Shown: positions 19,169-29,523, counted from the first letter of the stretch. The stretch is DNA of 64,000 bases from Pseudomonadota bacterium (GCA_027487795.1 JAIYCX010000037.1:25360-89359); one strand, 5' to 3'. Notes: generated from the sequence alone by a model not told the origin. Made by a program: numbers and translations.

Positions 19169-20923
19169 TTATAAGACAAAACCATTGTCCCCAATAACTC
19201 TTAAAGAAGCTGATCCACTATTAGAAAGTTCTTTAAAGGGATTATCATTTTTAAAGCCGCCAGAAGGAAATTTCATATCGGAAGTTTCAAGCTTAGATAA
19301 CATATGAAGAAATAAAGTTCTCTCATCTGTTACATTGTCTGGAAGAATACTACTTCCCAATTCTCTAGCTAAGCGCTGTAAAACAAGCCATTCAGGATAA
19401 GAACCATTTGGCGGTGAAATTAACGCTTTTAATCTTTGTAATCTAAAATCTTTATTTAGCATCACACCATTTTTTTCATGCACTGTTTGTGTTGGGATTA
19501 TCAATTTACACAACTGATGAGCACCCACTGGAGCATCACCTAAAACTATCTCCCCGCCCACTAAGCCTCTAGGTGTAAGTGCTAAACTATTTGGAACAGC
19601 TAAAATACTTTGAGTAAGTTCTTGATCTAGGTCTGAATCTAAAATTGCTTGATCACCAATAAGTATTAGTCTTTTTATAACACCGGCGCGTAATTGAGCT
19701 AATAACCTATCATATTGTGCTTCTAAGCTAGCTCTCCAATCAGTTAGGTCCCCAGTAAAACCAAATAAGTTTCCAGATCTAGCATTAGGAGCATAATCAG
19801 GACTAATTAACTTAGACTCTAACTTTGTTAGCTTTCTTGTTCTTAGCTGAATTGCAGCTTGCTGATAAGGTGCGCTCTGCTTAAGGGTATTTTTAAGAAA
19901 TTCTGAAGTTAACCAAATTTCTTCAGTAGTTAAAAAAGGTGATACAAAAACTGCTATATCACTTGGAGAAGATTCGGAAGTATTTGCAAATGATTTTGCA
20001 GACTGAATAACAGAAGTTAAATTAGATTCTTCTAGATAATTTCCTTTTTGGATTAGTGGAGTTTTTGATCTCTCTTTAGGTTGAAACCTGTCAAAACCAT
20101 ATCTACCTTCATCGCACATCCATTCTTGATTCACTTCTGAATTAAGTCGTCCCTTAACTTGGATTATTTTATCATCTCTAACATGCACAGAAATATTACA
20201 TCCCGTTGAACAACCTGTACAAATGGTATCTTCACTACCTGTATACCAGATTCTAGAATTAAATCTCCATCTCGAATGAGTTAGAGCTCCGACTGGACAT
20301 AAATCTACAGTGCAGCCTGAAAAAGGATTATTGAGTGGTCTATCTTCATTCACCGCAATAACGGTTCTGTCACCTCTATTTAATACACTAAGTTCTCCAG
20401 TTTCAGTATATTCATCACAAAATCTCACACAACGAGTGCAAACTATGCATCTTTCTCCGTCGTAAATAACTTCTTCGCCAAGCTTTTCTGCTTTAATTTT
20501 CTTACTCTTCTCTTCTATAAATCTTGAAGCCTTAGCATTATAGTCATAGTAGTAATCTTGAAGTTTACAATGACCTGCTTGGTCACAAACAGTACAATCT
20601 AAAGGATGGTTGATTAACAAAAATTCTAAAGTAGCTCTTTGAGCTTCTTTAACCTGCTCACTAGTTTCTTGAGTTTTAACTTTCATTCCTTCGCTAGCTG
20701 CAGTGTTACATGCAATAGTAAGCTTAGGAGCACCTTCTACTTCGACCTGGCACATTCTGCAGTTACCAGCGATACTTAAATGCTTATGGTAACAATAAAA
20801 CGGAATTTCTACTCCAATAGATTTAGCGGCTTCAATTAAATTAGTACCTTTAGGTACAGAAACATTCTTGCCATCGATTTGAAGATTTACTAATTCTTGT
20901 GCTTTGGTCATACTCTCACTCAT
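19169..20923 (-). CDS. nuoG: NADH-quinone oxidoreductase subunit G (short form)
   Basis: CYHKHLSIAGNCRMC, HPLDCTVCDQAGHC, RCIVCTRCVRFC, CTGCSTGC...MCDEGR. Confidence 0.92.
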   Translation of the reverse strand: MSESMTKAQELVNLQIDGKNVSVPKGTNLIEAAKSIGVEIPFYCYHKHLSIAGNCRMCQVEVEGAPKLTIACNTAASEGMKVKTQETSEQVKEAQRATLEFLLINHPLDCTVCDQAGHCKLQDYYYDYNAKASRFIEEKSKKIKAEKLGEEVIYDGERCIVCTRCVRFCDEYTETGELSVLNRGDRTVIAVNEDRPLNNPFSGCTVDLCPVGALTHSRWRFNSRIWYTGSEDTICTGCSTGCNISVHVRDDKIIQVKGRLNSEVNQEWMCDEGRYGFDRFQPKERSKTPLIQKGNYLEESNLTSVIQSAKSFANTSESSPSDIAVFVSPFLTTEEIWLTSEFLKNTLKQSAPYQQAAIQLRTRKLTKLESKLISPDYAPNARSGNLFGFTGDLTDWRASLEAQYDRLLAQLRAGVIKRLILIGDQAILDSDLDQELTQSILAVPNSLALTPRGLVGGEIVLGDAPVGAHQLCKLIIPTQTVHEKNGVMLNKDFRLQRLKALISPPNGSYPEWLVLQRLARELGSSILPDNVTDERTLFLHMLSKLETSDMKFPSGGFKNDNPFKELSNSGSASLRVIGDNGFVL

Positions 20924-20961
20924 ATTATAATCTCCAACACAGGCTATATATCAAACACATA

Positions 20962-22314
20962 CTAAACATTAGCCGCCACATTTTTTGCATTTTCAGACAC
21001 AGCATCTAATACCTGTGAAGATAATTCTTCACCAGTATTAAATGTAGGAATTCCATTAGCCTGAGCTATCCTTGTATTAAATTCTTCAGGAAATTTTTCA
21101 ATAAAGCTTAATACAGGAGTAACTAAAGCATCACCAAAAGGACAAATTGTATGTCCAGCTATTTGGCTAGTGACACTTTTTAATAGAGGTATATCCGAGT
21201 ATGTACCAGCTCCATCGTATATTCGCCCTACAATCTTTTGAACCCAGTTTGCTCCTTCACGACATGGGGTACATTGACCACATGATTCATGGGAATAAAA
21301 ATGTTGTAGATTCAAACAAGCTTCCACCATATCAGTGGATTCATCCATTACCATGAATCCTCCAGAACCAAGCATAGAACCTGCTCCCTTGATAGACTCA
21401 TAATCAAGTTTAACACCTTCTAACTCATCAGCTCTTAGAACTTGAACGGAAGATCCGCCAGGAATAACAGCTTTAAGTTTCTTTCCTCCTCTTATTCCAC
21501 CACACTCATTATTTATAAAATCTAATAAGCTATAACCTAGATCAACTTCATAAACTCCTGGCTTATTAATATGACCAGAGGCACTAAATAATTTTGTTCC
21601 TGCTGATTTTTCAGTTCCTATTTTAGCATAAGCTGAAGCTCCATTGAGAATAATCCATGGAAGAGTTGCTAAAGTTTCAGTATTATTTACAACTGTTGGG
21701 CAACCGTACAAACCTACGACTGCTGGGAAAGGTGGCTTTAATCTAGGTTGGCCTTTATTACCTTCAAGGCTTTCAATTAATCCTGTTTCTTCTCCACAAA
21801 TGTAAGCTCCAGCTCCTCTATGAACAACAATATCTAAACTGAATGTGGTTCCAAAAATATTTTTTCCTAAATAGCCCTTCTTATAAGCTTCTTCTATTGC
21901 CTGCTCCATTCTTACAGCAGGATAACCATATTCTCCTCTAATATAGAGACAAGACCAGTTAGCTCCAAGCGCCCAAGCAGCTATCATCATGCCCTCAATA
22001 CATAAATGAGGGTCTCTCTCCATCAATAATCTATCTTTGAAAGTTCCTGGCTCACTCTCATCTGCATTATTAAGCAGATAAATTGGCTTACCTAAATTCT
22101 TCGGTACAAAACCCCATTTCATTCCAGTCGGGAATCCAGCACCCCCTCTTCCTCTCAAGCCCGAAGCTTTAACTTCTTGTATAACTTCTTCTGGAGTTTG
22201 TTTTAAAACTTTTCTAATTGCCTGATAACCACCTCTCTCCTCATACTTACTTAAGAGATGTTGATCTAAGTGATGAACGTTGGCAGTTAAAATCTTATGG
22301 TGGTTAGTCTGCAT
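20962..22314 (-). CDS. nuoF: NADH-quinone oxidoreductase subunit F
   Basis: GLRGRGGAGFPTGMKW, NADESEPGTFKDR, GAYICGEETGL, ESCGQCTPCREG. Confidence 0.97.
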   Translation of the reverse strand: MQTNHHKILTANVHHLDQHLLSKYEERGGYQAIRKVLKQTPEEVIQEVKASGLRGRGGAGFPTGMKWGFVPKNLGKPIYLLNNADESEPGTFKDRLLMERDPHLCIEGMMIAAWALGANWSCLYIRGEYGYPAVRMEQAIEEAYKKGYLGKNIFGTTFSLDIVVHRGAGAYICGEETGLIESLEGNKGQPRLKPPFPAVVGLYGCPTVVNNTETLATLPWIILNGASAYAKIGTEKSAGTKLFSASGHINKPGVYEVDLGYSLLDFINNECGGIRGGKKLKAVIPGGSSVQVLRADELEGVKLDYESIKGAGSMLGSGGFMVMDESTDMVEACLNLQHFYSHESCGQCTPCREGANWVQKIVGRIYDGAGTYSDIPLLKSVTSQIAGHTICPFGDALVTPVLSFIEKFPEEFNTRIAQANGIPTFNTGEELSSQVLDAVSENAKNVAANV

Positions 22315-22351
22315 AATTTTAATTTTGAAATATTTTAGAATTCAATTCCTA

Positions 22352-22999
22352 TTATTTGAGATCTAGGCCCAGAACTTGAGATCGAGGAAAATCTGACATA
22401 CCAGTCCCAAGTTCCCCTGAAGTTGTATGATAACGTAAATCAGGAAGTTCTTTCTTAATTTTATCAATAATAACATCCAACTTTTCAGCATCAACTAGCT
22501 CAAAGAATACATCATTGATTTGAACCATTGGAGCAGTACCACAACTTCCCAAACATTCGACTTCTTCCCAGCTCCACATCCCATCAACAGATATAGTATG
22601 AGCTTCTATCGATAATTTTTCTTTGAGATAGTCAGATATTTTTTGAGCTCCGCACAACATACAGCTTAATGTCCTACAGATTTGAAAATGATACTTTCCA
22701 ACTGGTCTTTTATAGTACATGGTATAAAAAGTAGCTACTGACTCAACATGAGCAGGAGCTAAATCTAATTCTTCTGACACCCAACGAATAGCTTCAAGAG
22801 GAATCCAACCGTAGTGTTCCTGAGCCAAATAGAGAGCAGACATTACAGCAGACTTCTTGCTTGGATATTTTTGTATAATCTCAGCTAATCTACTACTGAA
22901 CTCTCTGGATATTTCCTTTGGTTCAGAATGTACCGCATCACTATACTTAATGAATGTTTGTTTACCTATAATCGAAAGACTTGATTTACCTGTTGCCAT
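22352..22999 (-). CDS. nuoE: NADH-quinone oxidoreductase subunit E
   Basis: VATFYTMY, CRTLSC, ECLGSCGTAP 2Fe-2S ligands. Confidence 0.95.
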   Translation of the reverse strand: MATGKSSLSIIGKQTFIKYSDAVHSEPKEISREFSSRLAEIIQKYPSKKSAVMSALYLAQEHYGWIPLEAIRWVSEELDLAPAHVESVATFYTMYYKRPVGKYHFQICRTLSCMLCGAQKISDYLKEKLSIEAHTISVDGMWSWEEVECLGSCGTAPMVQINDVFFELVDAEKLDVIIDKIKKELPDLRYHTTSGELGTGMSDFPRSQVLGLDLK

Positions 23000-24217
23000 T
23001 TACCTATCGCACTCCCCACCTATCATATTAATCATACCAAAAATTGGCACTACATCTGCAATTGTATGCCCTTCTAAAAGAGGACCCATGATCCCCATTG
23101 CAACAAAACATGGAGGCCTAACTCTTACTCTGTAAGGATGGCCACTTCCATCTGAAACAACATAAAAACCTAGCTCTCCATTTCCACCCTCTACTGGGAA
23201 ATATATATCACCAGCTGGAGGCTTAATTCCTCCAAAAACTATTTCAAATTGACTTATCATACCTTCGATGGAATCATAAACTTCATCTTTTGGAGGCATA
23301 ATTATTTTAGGATCATCGATTGAAATAGGTCCATCAGGGAGCTTTTTAAAAGCCTGATTTACTATGCTCATAGATTCATAAATTTCATTGAATCTAACCA
23401 AAAATCTATCCAAGTTATCACCCTTTGATCCTAATGGAACTTGAAATTCAAAGTGATCATAACTAGAATAAGGAAAAGCTTTTCTTACATCATAGTTCAC
23501 ACCACTAGCTCTAGCTATTGGGCCAGTAATACCATATGCAATTGCTTCATCCTTAGAAATAATTCCAACATCCGCCATTCTATCTTGAAATATTCGATTT
23601 CTAGATACTAACTTGTCTGCATCAATTAAATGCTTTTCAATTTTCTTAAATGCAGCCTGAACAGCTTCTCTAAAGTTATGTGGTAGATCGCTTTTTAACC
23701 CACCAACTCTGGTATATGAAATTGTAAGACGTGCTCCAGTAACTTGTTCAATAAGGTCGTATAGTTCTTCTCTTGCCTGCATCAAGTAGAGCATAACAGT
23801 AAAAGCACCTAGCTCCATCGCCCCTGCCCCAACACAAGTTAAATGATCACACATTCTGGAGAGTTCACTCATTATGACTCTAATATATTGGCCTCTTAAC
23901 GGAACTTCTACATCAAATAAATTTTCTATCGCGAGTACCCAACCAACATTATTAATGATTGGTGAAACATAATTAAGTCTATCTGTGTATGGGATAACTT
24001 GATTATAATCTACGTTCTCACATTGCTTTTCAAACCCACGATGTAGATATCCGAGATCGACATCACATCTTTCAATTCTTTCCCCGTCTAGTTCTAAAAT
24101 CAATCTCACTGTTCCATGAGTAGCTGGGTGTGCTGGACCCATATTTAGAATCATTGTCTTACTTCTTAGGGAATCGTCTAATTCTCTAGCTTCCCAGTTG
24201 TTTCTGACATCAGTCAT
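23000..24217 (-). CDS. nuoD: NADH-quinone oxidoreductase subunit D
   Basis: NMGPAHPATHGTVRL, GYLHRGFEK, DRLNY, C-terminal GECDR. Confidence 0.97.
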   Translation of the reverse strand: MTDVRNNWEARELDDSLRSKTMILNMGPAHPATHGTVRLILELDGERIERCDVDLGYLHRGFEKQCENVDYNQVIPYTDRLNYVSPIINNVGWVLAIENLFDVEVPLRGQYIRVIMSELSRMCDHLTCVGAGAMELGAFTVMLYLMQAREELYDLIEQVTGARLTISYTRVGGLKSDLPHNFREAVQAAFKKIEKHLIDADKLVSRNRIFQDRMADVGIISKDEAIAYGITGPIARASGVNYDVRKAFPYSSYDHFEFQVPLGSKGDNLDRFLVRFNEIYESMSIVNQAFKKLPDGPISIDDPKIIMPPKDEVYDSIEGMISQFEIVFGGIKPPAGDIYFPVEGGNGELGFYVVSDGSGHPYRVRVRPPCFVAMGIMGPLLEGHTIADVVPIFGMINMIGGECDR

Positions 24218-24262
24218 TATATTTTCTCCGGCATATTCTATTTAATTTAGTCTTTTAGAATT

Positions 24263-24877
24263 TTAATTTAAACTATCCGTTGTAGTAGATATTTTCCTTC
24301 TAGAAGGTAATCCTACTAACTGCTCTTTTTTTAAATCTGAAGAGGTATTTCTCAATTCAGGCACTCTTAATTCAATCCTAGGTTGTTTCCCCCTTAACGG
24401 ATAATCCTTCCTCAAAGGATGCCCAATGAACTCATCATACATAAGTATTCTTCTAAGATCACCATGACCTTCAAAAGTAATTCCATACATATCAAAAACT
24501 TCTCTTTCTAAAAAGTTTGCGGCTGGCCAAAGACTTCTTACTGAAGGTACCTTCGGTGATACCTCACCTACTTCCAACTTAATACAAAGCCTGTAATGAT
24601 GAACAATACTTAAAAATTGATACACGACCTCGAAGCGATAGTCCTTAGAATCTAACCAATCAACACAAGTAACATCAATTAGCATATCTAAATTAACTAT
24701 TGGATCTTCTTTTAAAAGTGTTGCGACTTTTAAAAAATTTTCTGGTTTACACTTGTAAGCTAAACCATAGCTCTTCCACTTTAAGGATTCTGAAGGAATA
24801 AGATCCGGAAAAGATCCTTTTTCTATGTATGATTTAAGTTCTAATTGCTTAGGGTTATGTATATTGGTCTCTGACAT
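24263..24877 (-). CDS. nuoC: NADH-quinone oxidoreductase subunit C
   Basis: WPAANFLEREVFDMYGI, GHPLRKDYP. Confidence 0.96.
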   Translation of the reverse strand: MSETNIHNPKQLELKSYIEKGSFPDLIPSESLKWKSYGLAYKCKPENFLKVATLLKEDPIVNLDMLIDVTCVDWLDSKDYRFEVVYQFLSIVHHYRLCIKLEVGEVSPKVPSVRSLWPAANFLEREVFDMYGITFEGHGDLRRILMYDEFIGHPLRKDYPLRGKQPRIELRVPELRNTSSDLKKEQLVGLPSRRKISTTTDSLN

Positions 24878-25044
24878 GAAAATAGTTAAAGAATATTTAT
24901 GTTGCTGAAATAATATATAATAAAGATTTTAGAAATAGATCATCTTCAAGTTCTTAACTTACACTAAATTAAACTTAATAGACTTAGTTGCAAAAATTTG
25001 TAAATTTCTACCTAAAATAAATATTCTATATGGACTAAAGAATT

Positions 25045-25539
25045 ATGCCCTCATTTGATGTCGTAAGCGAAGTGGACCTTCAAGAAGTAGATAACGCTGT
25101 TAATCAGGTTAAAAAGGAGATTGAAACGAGATATGACCTAAAAGGCTCAGATTCTACTATTGAATTCAGTCAGAAAGATAGCGTAATTAATATACAAGCT
25201 AATGATTCAATGAAACTAAAATCAATAGCTGAAATTCTCAATCAAAAAGCAGCGAAAAGAGGCATTAGCGTAAGATCTTTAGAGTACAAAGACGCATCAA
25301 AATCATCGGGTGATAAAATTAGACAAGTAGTGGCAATAAAAAAAGGTATCACAACTGAAGATGGGAAAAAAATAGTTAAAATAATTAAAGAAATTGGCAT
25401 TAAAAAATCTAGCGCTCAAATTCAAGATGACCAAGTTAGAGTAACAGGCCCTAAAAGAGATGATTTACAACAAATTATTCAAGTCTTGAAAACCAAAGTT
25501 ACTGATTTAGATTTACAATTTACAAATTTCAGAGATTAA
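25045..25539 (+). CDS. yajQ: YajQ-family (c-di-GMP/nucleotide-binding) protein
   Basis: MPSFDVVSEVDLQEVDNAVNQ N-terminus, QVRVTGPKRDDLQ, LQFTNFRD C-terminus. Confidence 0.96.
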   Translation: MPSFDVVSEVDLQEVDNAVNQVKKEIETRYDLKGSDSTIEFSQKDSVINIQANDSMKLKSIAEILNQKAAKRGISVRSLEYKDASKSSGDKIRQVVAIKKGITTEDGKKIVKIIKEIGIKKSSAQIQDDQVRVTGPKRDDLQQIIQVLKTKVTDLDLQFTNFRD

Positions 25540-25558
25540 ATCCCATACTAAAAATCAT

Positions 25559-26773
25559 ATGGACAATAAGAAACAAAATTCACATAGTCACAATTTACCG
25601 GACAAAAACTCCCTCAGTTATGAAAGTCTTGGCGCATCAGCAGACAAGGCTGGTCTACACCAAATTCTAACAGACTTAAATATGGAGGCTAAAGAAAAGC
25701 TATTTTGCCAAGTGATTCCTGATATTGCTGGTGACGAAGATTACTATTCGTTCATTCACTGTGACGGTGCAGGAACGAAGGGTATAATTGCATATTTGTG
25801 GTATAAAGAAACAGGCGATACCAGCTATTTTTCAAGGCTGGCCGAAGATTCTTTAGTTATGAATCTTGATGATGTTTTTTGTCTTGGAATTCCAGATAAA
25901 ATAATTCTAGCAAATGCAATCGCTAGGAATTCAAGGCTAATACCAAACGAAGCAATTAAAGCGGTCATTCAAGGTTATGAATTAGCCTCAGAAAAACTTA
26001 AAAAATATGGTATAAATATAGAACTATCTGGTGGTGAAACAGCTGACTGTGGCGATACCGTTAGAACTCTTTTAGTAGATGCTACAGCAACAGGAAGAAT
26101 AAAAAAATCAAACATAATAAATCCAGCGAATATTACTGCAGGAGATGTTATTGTTGGGTTCTCCAGTTCAGGTACTACCAATTATGACAGCCATAACAAT
26201 TCCGGTATTGGCTCTAACGGCTTAACTCTAGCTAGGCACTGCATACTTACGAATAATTATCTTAAAAACTACCCAGAAATAGTAGATACTGGATTAGATC
26301 TTAAATCTGTTTACCAAGGTGATTATAAAGTTAAAGATACTCCTTATCCCCTAAATACTAGCATTGGAGATGCACTATCAAGTCCGACTAGAAGTTATGC
26401 TCCTGTTCTAAAAGCGATGCTAGAAGAATATAAGGAAAAGATACACGGGATCATCCATTTAACCGGAGGAGCTCACGGAAAAGTATTAAGGTTTATAAAA
26501 AATCTAAAAATAATTAAAGATGCATTACCAAGTCCTCCTCCCATTTTTGACTTAATAAAAGTTGGTGGAAGAGTTCAAATTGAAGAAATGTACAGAGTTT
26601 TTAATATGGGTATTAGACTTGAAATTTACACTGACGCAGTTACTGCGAATAAGCTAATAGAGATTTCTAATTCATTTGGATTAAATGCTTATTTAATTGG
26701 TAGAGTAGAAAGTGATTCGAAGCCTAACGTAGAGATTAGACTTAATGAAGTTAATTTTACATATCAGTTATAG
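25559..26773 (+). CDS. purM: Phosphoribosylformylglycinamidine cyclo-ligase (AIR synthetase), long PurM-like type
   Basis: DGAGTK, VMNLDD, GGETAD, GSNGLTLARH, HLTGG, EMYRVFNMG. Confidence 0.88.
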   Translation: MDNKKQNSHSHNLPDKNSLSYESLGASADKAGLHQILTDLNMEAKEKLFCQVIPDIAGDEDYYSFIHCDGAGTKGIIAYLWYKETGDTSYFSRLAEDSLVMNLDDVFCLGIPDKIILANAIARNSRLIPNEAIKAVIQGYELASEKLKKYGINIELSGGETADCGDTVRTLLVDATATGRIKKSNIINPANITAGDVIVGFSSSGTTNYDSHNNSGIGSNGLTLARHCILTNNYLKNYPEIVDTGLDLKSVYQGDYKVKDTPYPLNTSIGDALSSPTRSYAPVLKAMLEEYKEKIHGIIHLTGGAHGKVLRFIKNLKIIKDALPSPPPIFDLIKVGGRVQIEEMYRVFNMGIRLEIYTDAVTANKLIEISNSFGLNAYLIGRVESDSKPNVEIRLNEVNFTYQL

Positions 26774-26775
26774 AT

Positions 26776-26805
26776 TCTACGAGCTACAAATTTATAGCTC
26801 GTAGA
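26776..26805. terminator. Probable bidirectional terminator hairpin between convergent purM and ORF 26825
   Basis: Perfect 11-bp inverted repeat TCTACGAGCTA-N8-TAGCTCGTAGA. Confidence 0.7.
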
Positions 26806-26824
26806 TATTCTTTTAACTTTATTG

Positions 26825-27202
26825 TTAAAGAGCTGGCTTGTATGTTTCCTCAATCACCGCACCAAAATAGGGTGAAGGACCTTGTGATACATCTCTCATC
26901 ATTTCACTAGCTTCCCTAGTATCAACTAAAGCCCAGTGCATTCTAGGGGTACCATCTGTTTGTGGATCTAGAAACTTTCTTACTACGAGGAAGCTATCGC
27001 CATTAACGGCATCCATAGCATTTACAATTCTATATATATGTAATTCGTGTTTTTTAGAGTTAGCAGCTCTTTGAGCTTTTGGTCTTAATTCGTCTAAAAC
27101 CTTTGATAATATCCATTCTCCCGAATTAACTGAAGGGCATGCAAAAAGAACTGTCCCTCTATCTAAACTTTGCTCAATATCGCTTAAAAAATCTACTGAC
27201 AT
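26825..27202 (-). CDS. Hypothetical protein (125 aa) with a sigma28-type promoter
   Basis: Clean ORF, AAGGG SD-like sequence, upstream TCAA-N16-TCCGATAT; no family recognised. Confidence 0.75.
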   Translation of the reverse strand: MSVDFLSDIEQSLDRGTVLFACPSVNSGEWILSKVLDELRPKAQRAANSKKHELHIYRIVNAMDAVNGDSFLVVRKFLDPQTDGTPRMHWALVDTREASEMMRDVSQGPSPYFGAVIEETYKPAL

Positions 27203-27247
27203 CAGATTAACCCTTTGAAATTTATTTAAATAAAACCACTAAAAAGC

Positions 27248-27275
27248 ATATCGGAATAGAAAAGAAATGACTTGA
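27248..27275 (-). promoter_or_regulatory. sigma28/FliA-type promoter
   Basis: Minus strand TCAAGTCATTTCTTTTCTATTCCGATAT (TCAA-N16-TCCGATAT), about 45 nt upstream of ORF 26825..27202. Confidence 0.65.
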
Positions 27276-27354
27276 GCCTATATTTTTAAAATACCTATAT
27301 AGAATTTTAAAATACGAGCTTTGAGATAAATTGTTAAACTTTATAAATGAGAAT

Positions 27355-28800
27355 CTACAAAGGCAAACCAACAAATCCAGCATTAATGCCAAAGAAAAGT
27401 CTATTAACAGTAAAATCAGGCTCAGTCGCTCCTAAGGTATCATTTAATAGACCACTATTTCCATTTTGTTTAGAAAAATTATAACCACCTGTTAAAGATA
27501 CAGTTGGTGTAACCTTATAAGTTAAAGAACTACTAGCCTCATATCTGTCTGATTGACCAGCCAGGGACAAAGACTGATTATCAAAGTAGAAATATCGACC
27601 ACCTAAACTTAATTGCCATGATTCACTTATTGAATTTACTAAGTTTAAGAATATTGTTCTATTTATAAATCTCTGACCATCTATATTCGTAGAGAAGCCT
27701 TCAGTGGATCCCAAAGTGACCAATGAAGCTTGGTCAAATTGGTAATTTAGTGCCAATGAGTAAGTTAAACCTGTATTATCACTAGAAGGTGTTAATTCTC
27801 TGGTAGAAATCTGCCCATCTTCAGCTACCGTTGAAATACTAACGGTATCTGGCGCATTTTGTAATCTTGAGTATGCTCCTCCAAGCGTTCCAGTAAATGA
27901 AAAATCTCTTGATATTTGATAATCAGCAGTTGAGACCAACTCTCCATTAGTCCTATCAAGGCTACTTGGATCTCGAAAGACGGCACCAGAGCCTTGATTA
28001 TGTATTTCAGTAAAAAGCTGAACTCCAGCAGAACTTCTAAGACCAAGCTCTAAGTTTTCAGCAAATTTTCTGCGAATTGCTGCCTGTGCAGTATGAGAAT
28101 GAAAATCAACTCCTTGTATTGCAGTGGTGGTATTGGGGCTAGAGGCGTCACTAAGTAATAATTCACCCAAAAACTTTTGATATGTGCCTAAATAACCTAA
28201 ATCAAGAGAACTAAGTGAGTCGAGTTCTAACCCCTTCAAACCTAAATTACCTGATAATTGATAGTTTTGAGCTGTTCTAGTTGCTGTTCCACTAGCAACA
28301 CCTAAGTTATTAGATGCAGATTGTAGAGAATTTATTATACCAGCAGAAAATGGTCTAGGAAGAATGTTCTCTGATAAGTTCGTTGTAATATTTCCGTCTA
28401 ATGTAACTCTGTTCTGTTCGTTAAATTCAGAAAAAAGTATTAATCCAGGTCGAAACTGATAAGTAGTAGGTATGGTATCATTTAAAGTTAATGGTTTGCC
28501 TGAAAAATCTAATGCTAAATTAGTTATAAAATCATGATTCTCTTTTCCATCCCTATCAGTAGTCAATAATCCTGAATCTAAATTACCAGTATTAGAATTT
28601 AGTAGGTCATCATTTATGAAAAAAGTTGCAGGTCTCTTATTACCATTTTCAAGAAAGATGTTGTCATCATATAAAGTCTGCGCGGAGGTAGTAATTGCTA
28701 CTTGGGCTTCTAATTTAGAAGATACCAATCCCGTAAATATAGTTGTTAATAATAAAACTGAGACTTTTAAAATTTTGCTTACTAACTTTTTCTTTAACAT
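27355..28800 (-). CDS. Outer-membrane beta-barrel protein, EPS-export-associated (BBP2/EpsX-like)
   Basis: Signal peptide (probable ATG at 28800), YDDNIF in the first strand, many alternating beta-strands, NRLFFGINAGF terminal strand. Confidence 0.65.
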   Translation of the reverse strand: MLKKKLVSKILKVSVLLLTTIFTGLVSSKLEAQVAITTSAQTLYDDNIFLENGNKRPATFFINDDLLNSNTGNLDSGLLTTDRDGKENHDFITNLALDFSGKPLTLNDTIPTTYQFRPGLILFSEFNEQNRVTLDGNITTNLSENILPRPFSAGIINSLQSASNNLGVASGTATRTAQNYQLSGNLGLKGLELDSLSSLDLGYLGTYQKFLGELLLSDASSPNTTTAIQGVDFHSHTAQAAIRRKFAENLELGLRSSAGVQLFTEIHNQGSGAVFRDPSSLDRTNGELVSTADYQISRDFSFTGTLGGAYSRLQNAPDTVSISTVAEDGQISTRELTPSSDNTGLTYSLALNYQFDQASLVTLGSTEGFSTNIDGQRFINRTIFLNLVNSISESWQLSLGGRYFYFDNQSLSLAGQSDRYEASSSLTYKVTPTVSLTGGYNFSKQNGNSGLLNDTLGATEPDFTVNRLFFGINAGFVGLPL

Positions 28801-28958
28801 TCTAGTTTCTTTAGATCCATTTATAAGTACTAAACACAACTATTTAGATTAAATAGGATTATTACTAAAGCGAAAAGATCTTATTTTTATTTAATATTCA
28901 GAACAAAAGTCTGAAAAGACCCTACTTTTATTGACTATTTTAATAAAGATTTATGTAC

Positions 28959-28987
28959 TAAAGGTATATAGCACTTTGTTCCGATAG
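28959..28987 (+). promoter_or_regulatory. sigma28/FliA-type promoter
   Basis: TAAA-N17-TCCGATAG upstream of the 29064 / FlhB-like operon. Confidence 0.5.
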
Positions 28988-29063
28988 TTATCTTAAGCAA
29001 AATAATTGCGATTTTAGAAAACTATAATTTTATATTAATTATTAAAGAGTCGAAGGTAAGAAA

Positions 29064-29522
29064 TTGGCAGATTTACATGACAACTTACTGGCATCATCCT
29101 ACGCCCCTTCACGTGGCCAAAGAGAAGACCTTAGAGATGATAGAAGCGCTAAGAACTTAGCTATTAGAACTGCATTTGTTTCAAGATTCATAGTTCTAAG
29201 AGAGAATAGAAGAACTAAAGCTCATCGAACAATAGAAGCGATGCAATGGGACTCTACGGTATCAGCAGAAGACTTATTGCAGAGATTTAGAGAGGCATTT
29301 ATTGCAAATGGTGACAAGCTTGAGCCAGTAGATAGAGATCTAAATAGAGCTTTAAAACATGCATACATTTCTATTGAACACTTTCTCGGACAGTACTTAG
29401 GTAGAACTACCGATTCATTCTATGAGTCATTAATTGACTATAAAAAGAGTAACGAATTGCTTTTTGGCGAAGATGAAGATTCTCCTAAAAGTGTTGGTTG
29501 GAGATTTCAAGATTTAAAATAA
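29064..29522 (+). CDS. Hypothetical protein co-transcribed with the FlhB-like gene
   Basis: 152-aa ORF, TTG start after GAAGG, 1 nt from the next gene. Confidence 0.75.
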   Translation: MADLHDNLLASSYAPSRGQREDLRDDRSAKNLAIRTAFVSRFIVLRENRRTKAHRTIEAMQWDSTVSAEDLLQRFREAFIANGDKLEPVDRDLNRALKHAYISIEHFLGQYLGRTTDSFYESLIDYKKSNELLFGEDEDSPKSVGWRFQDLK

Positions 29523-29523
29523 A

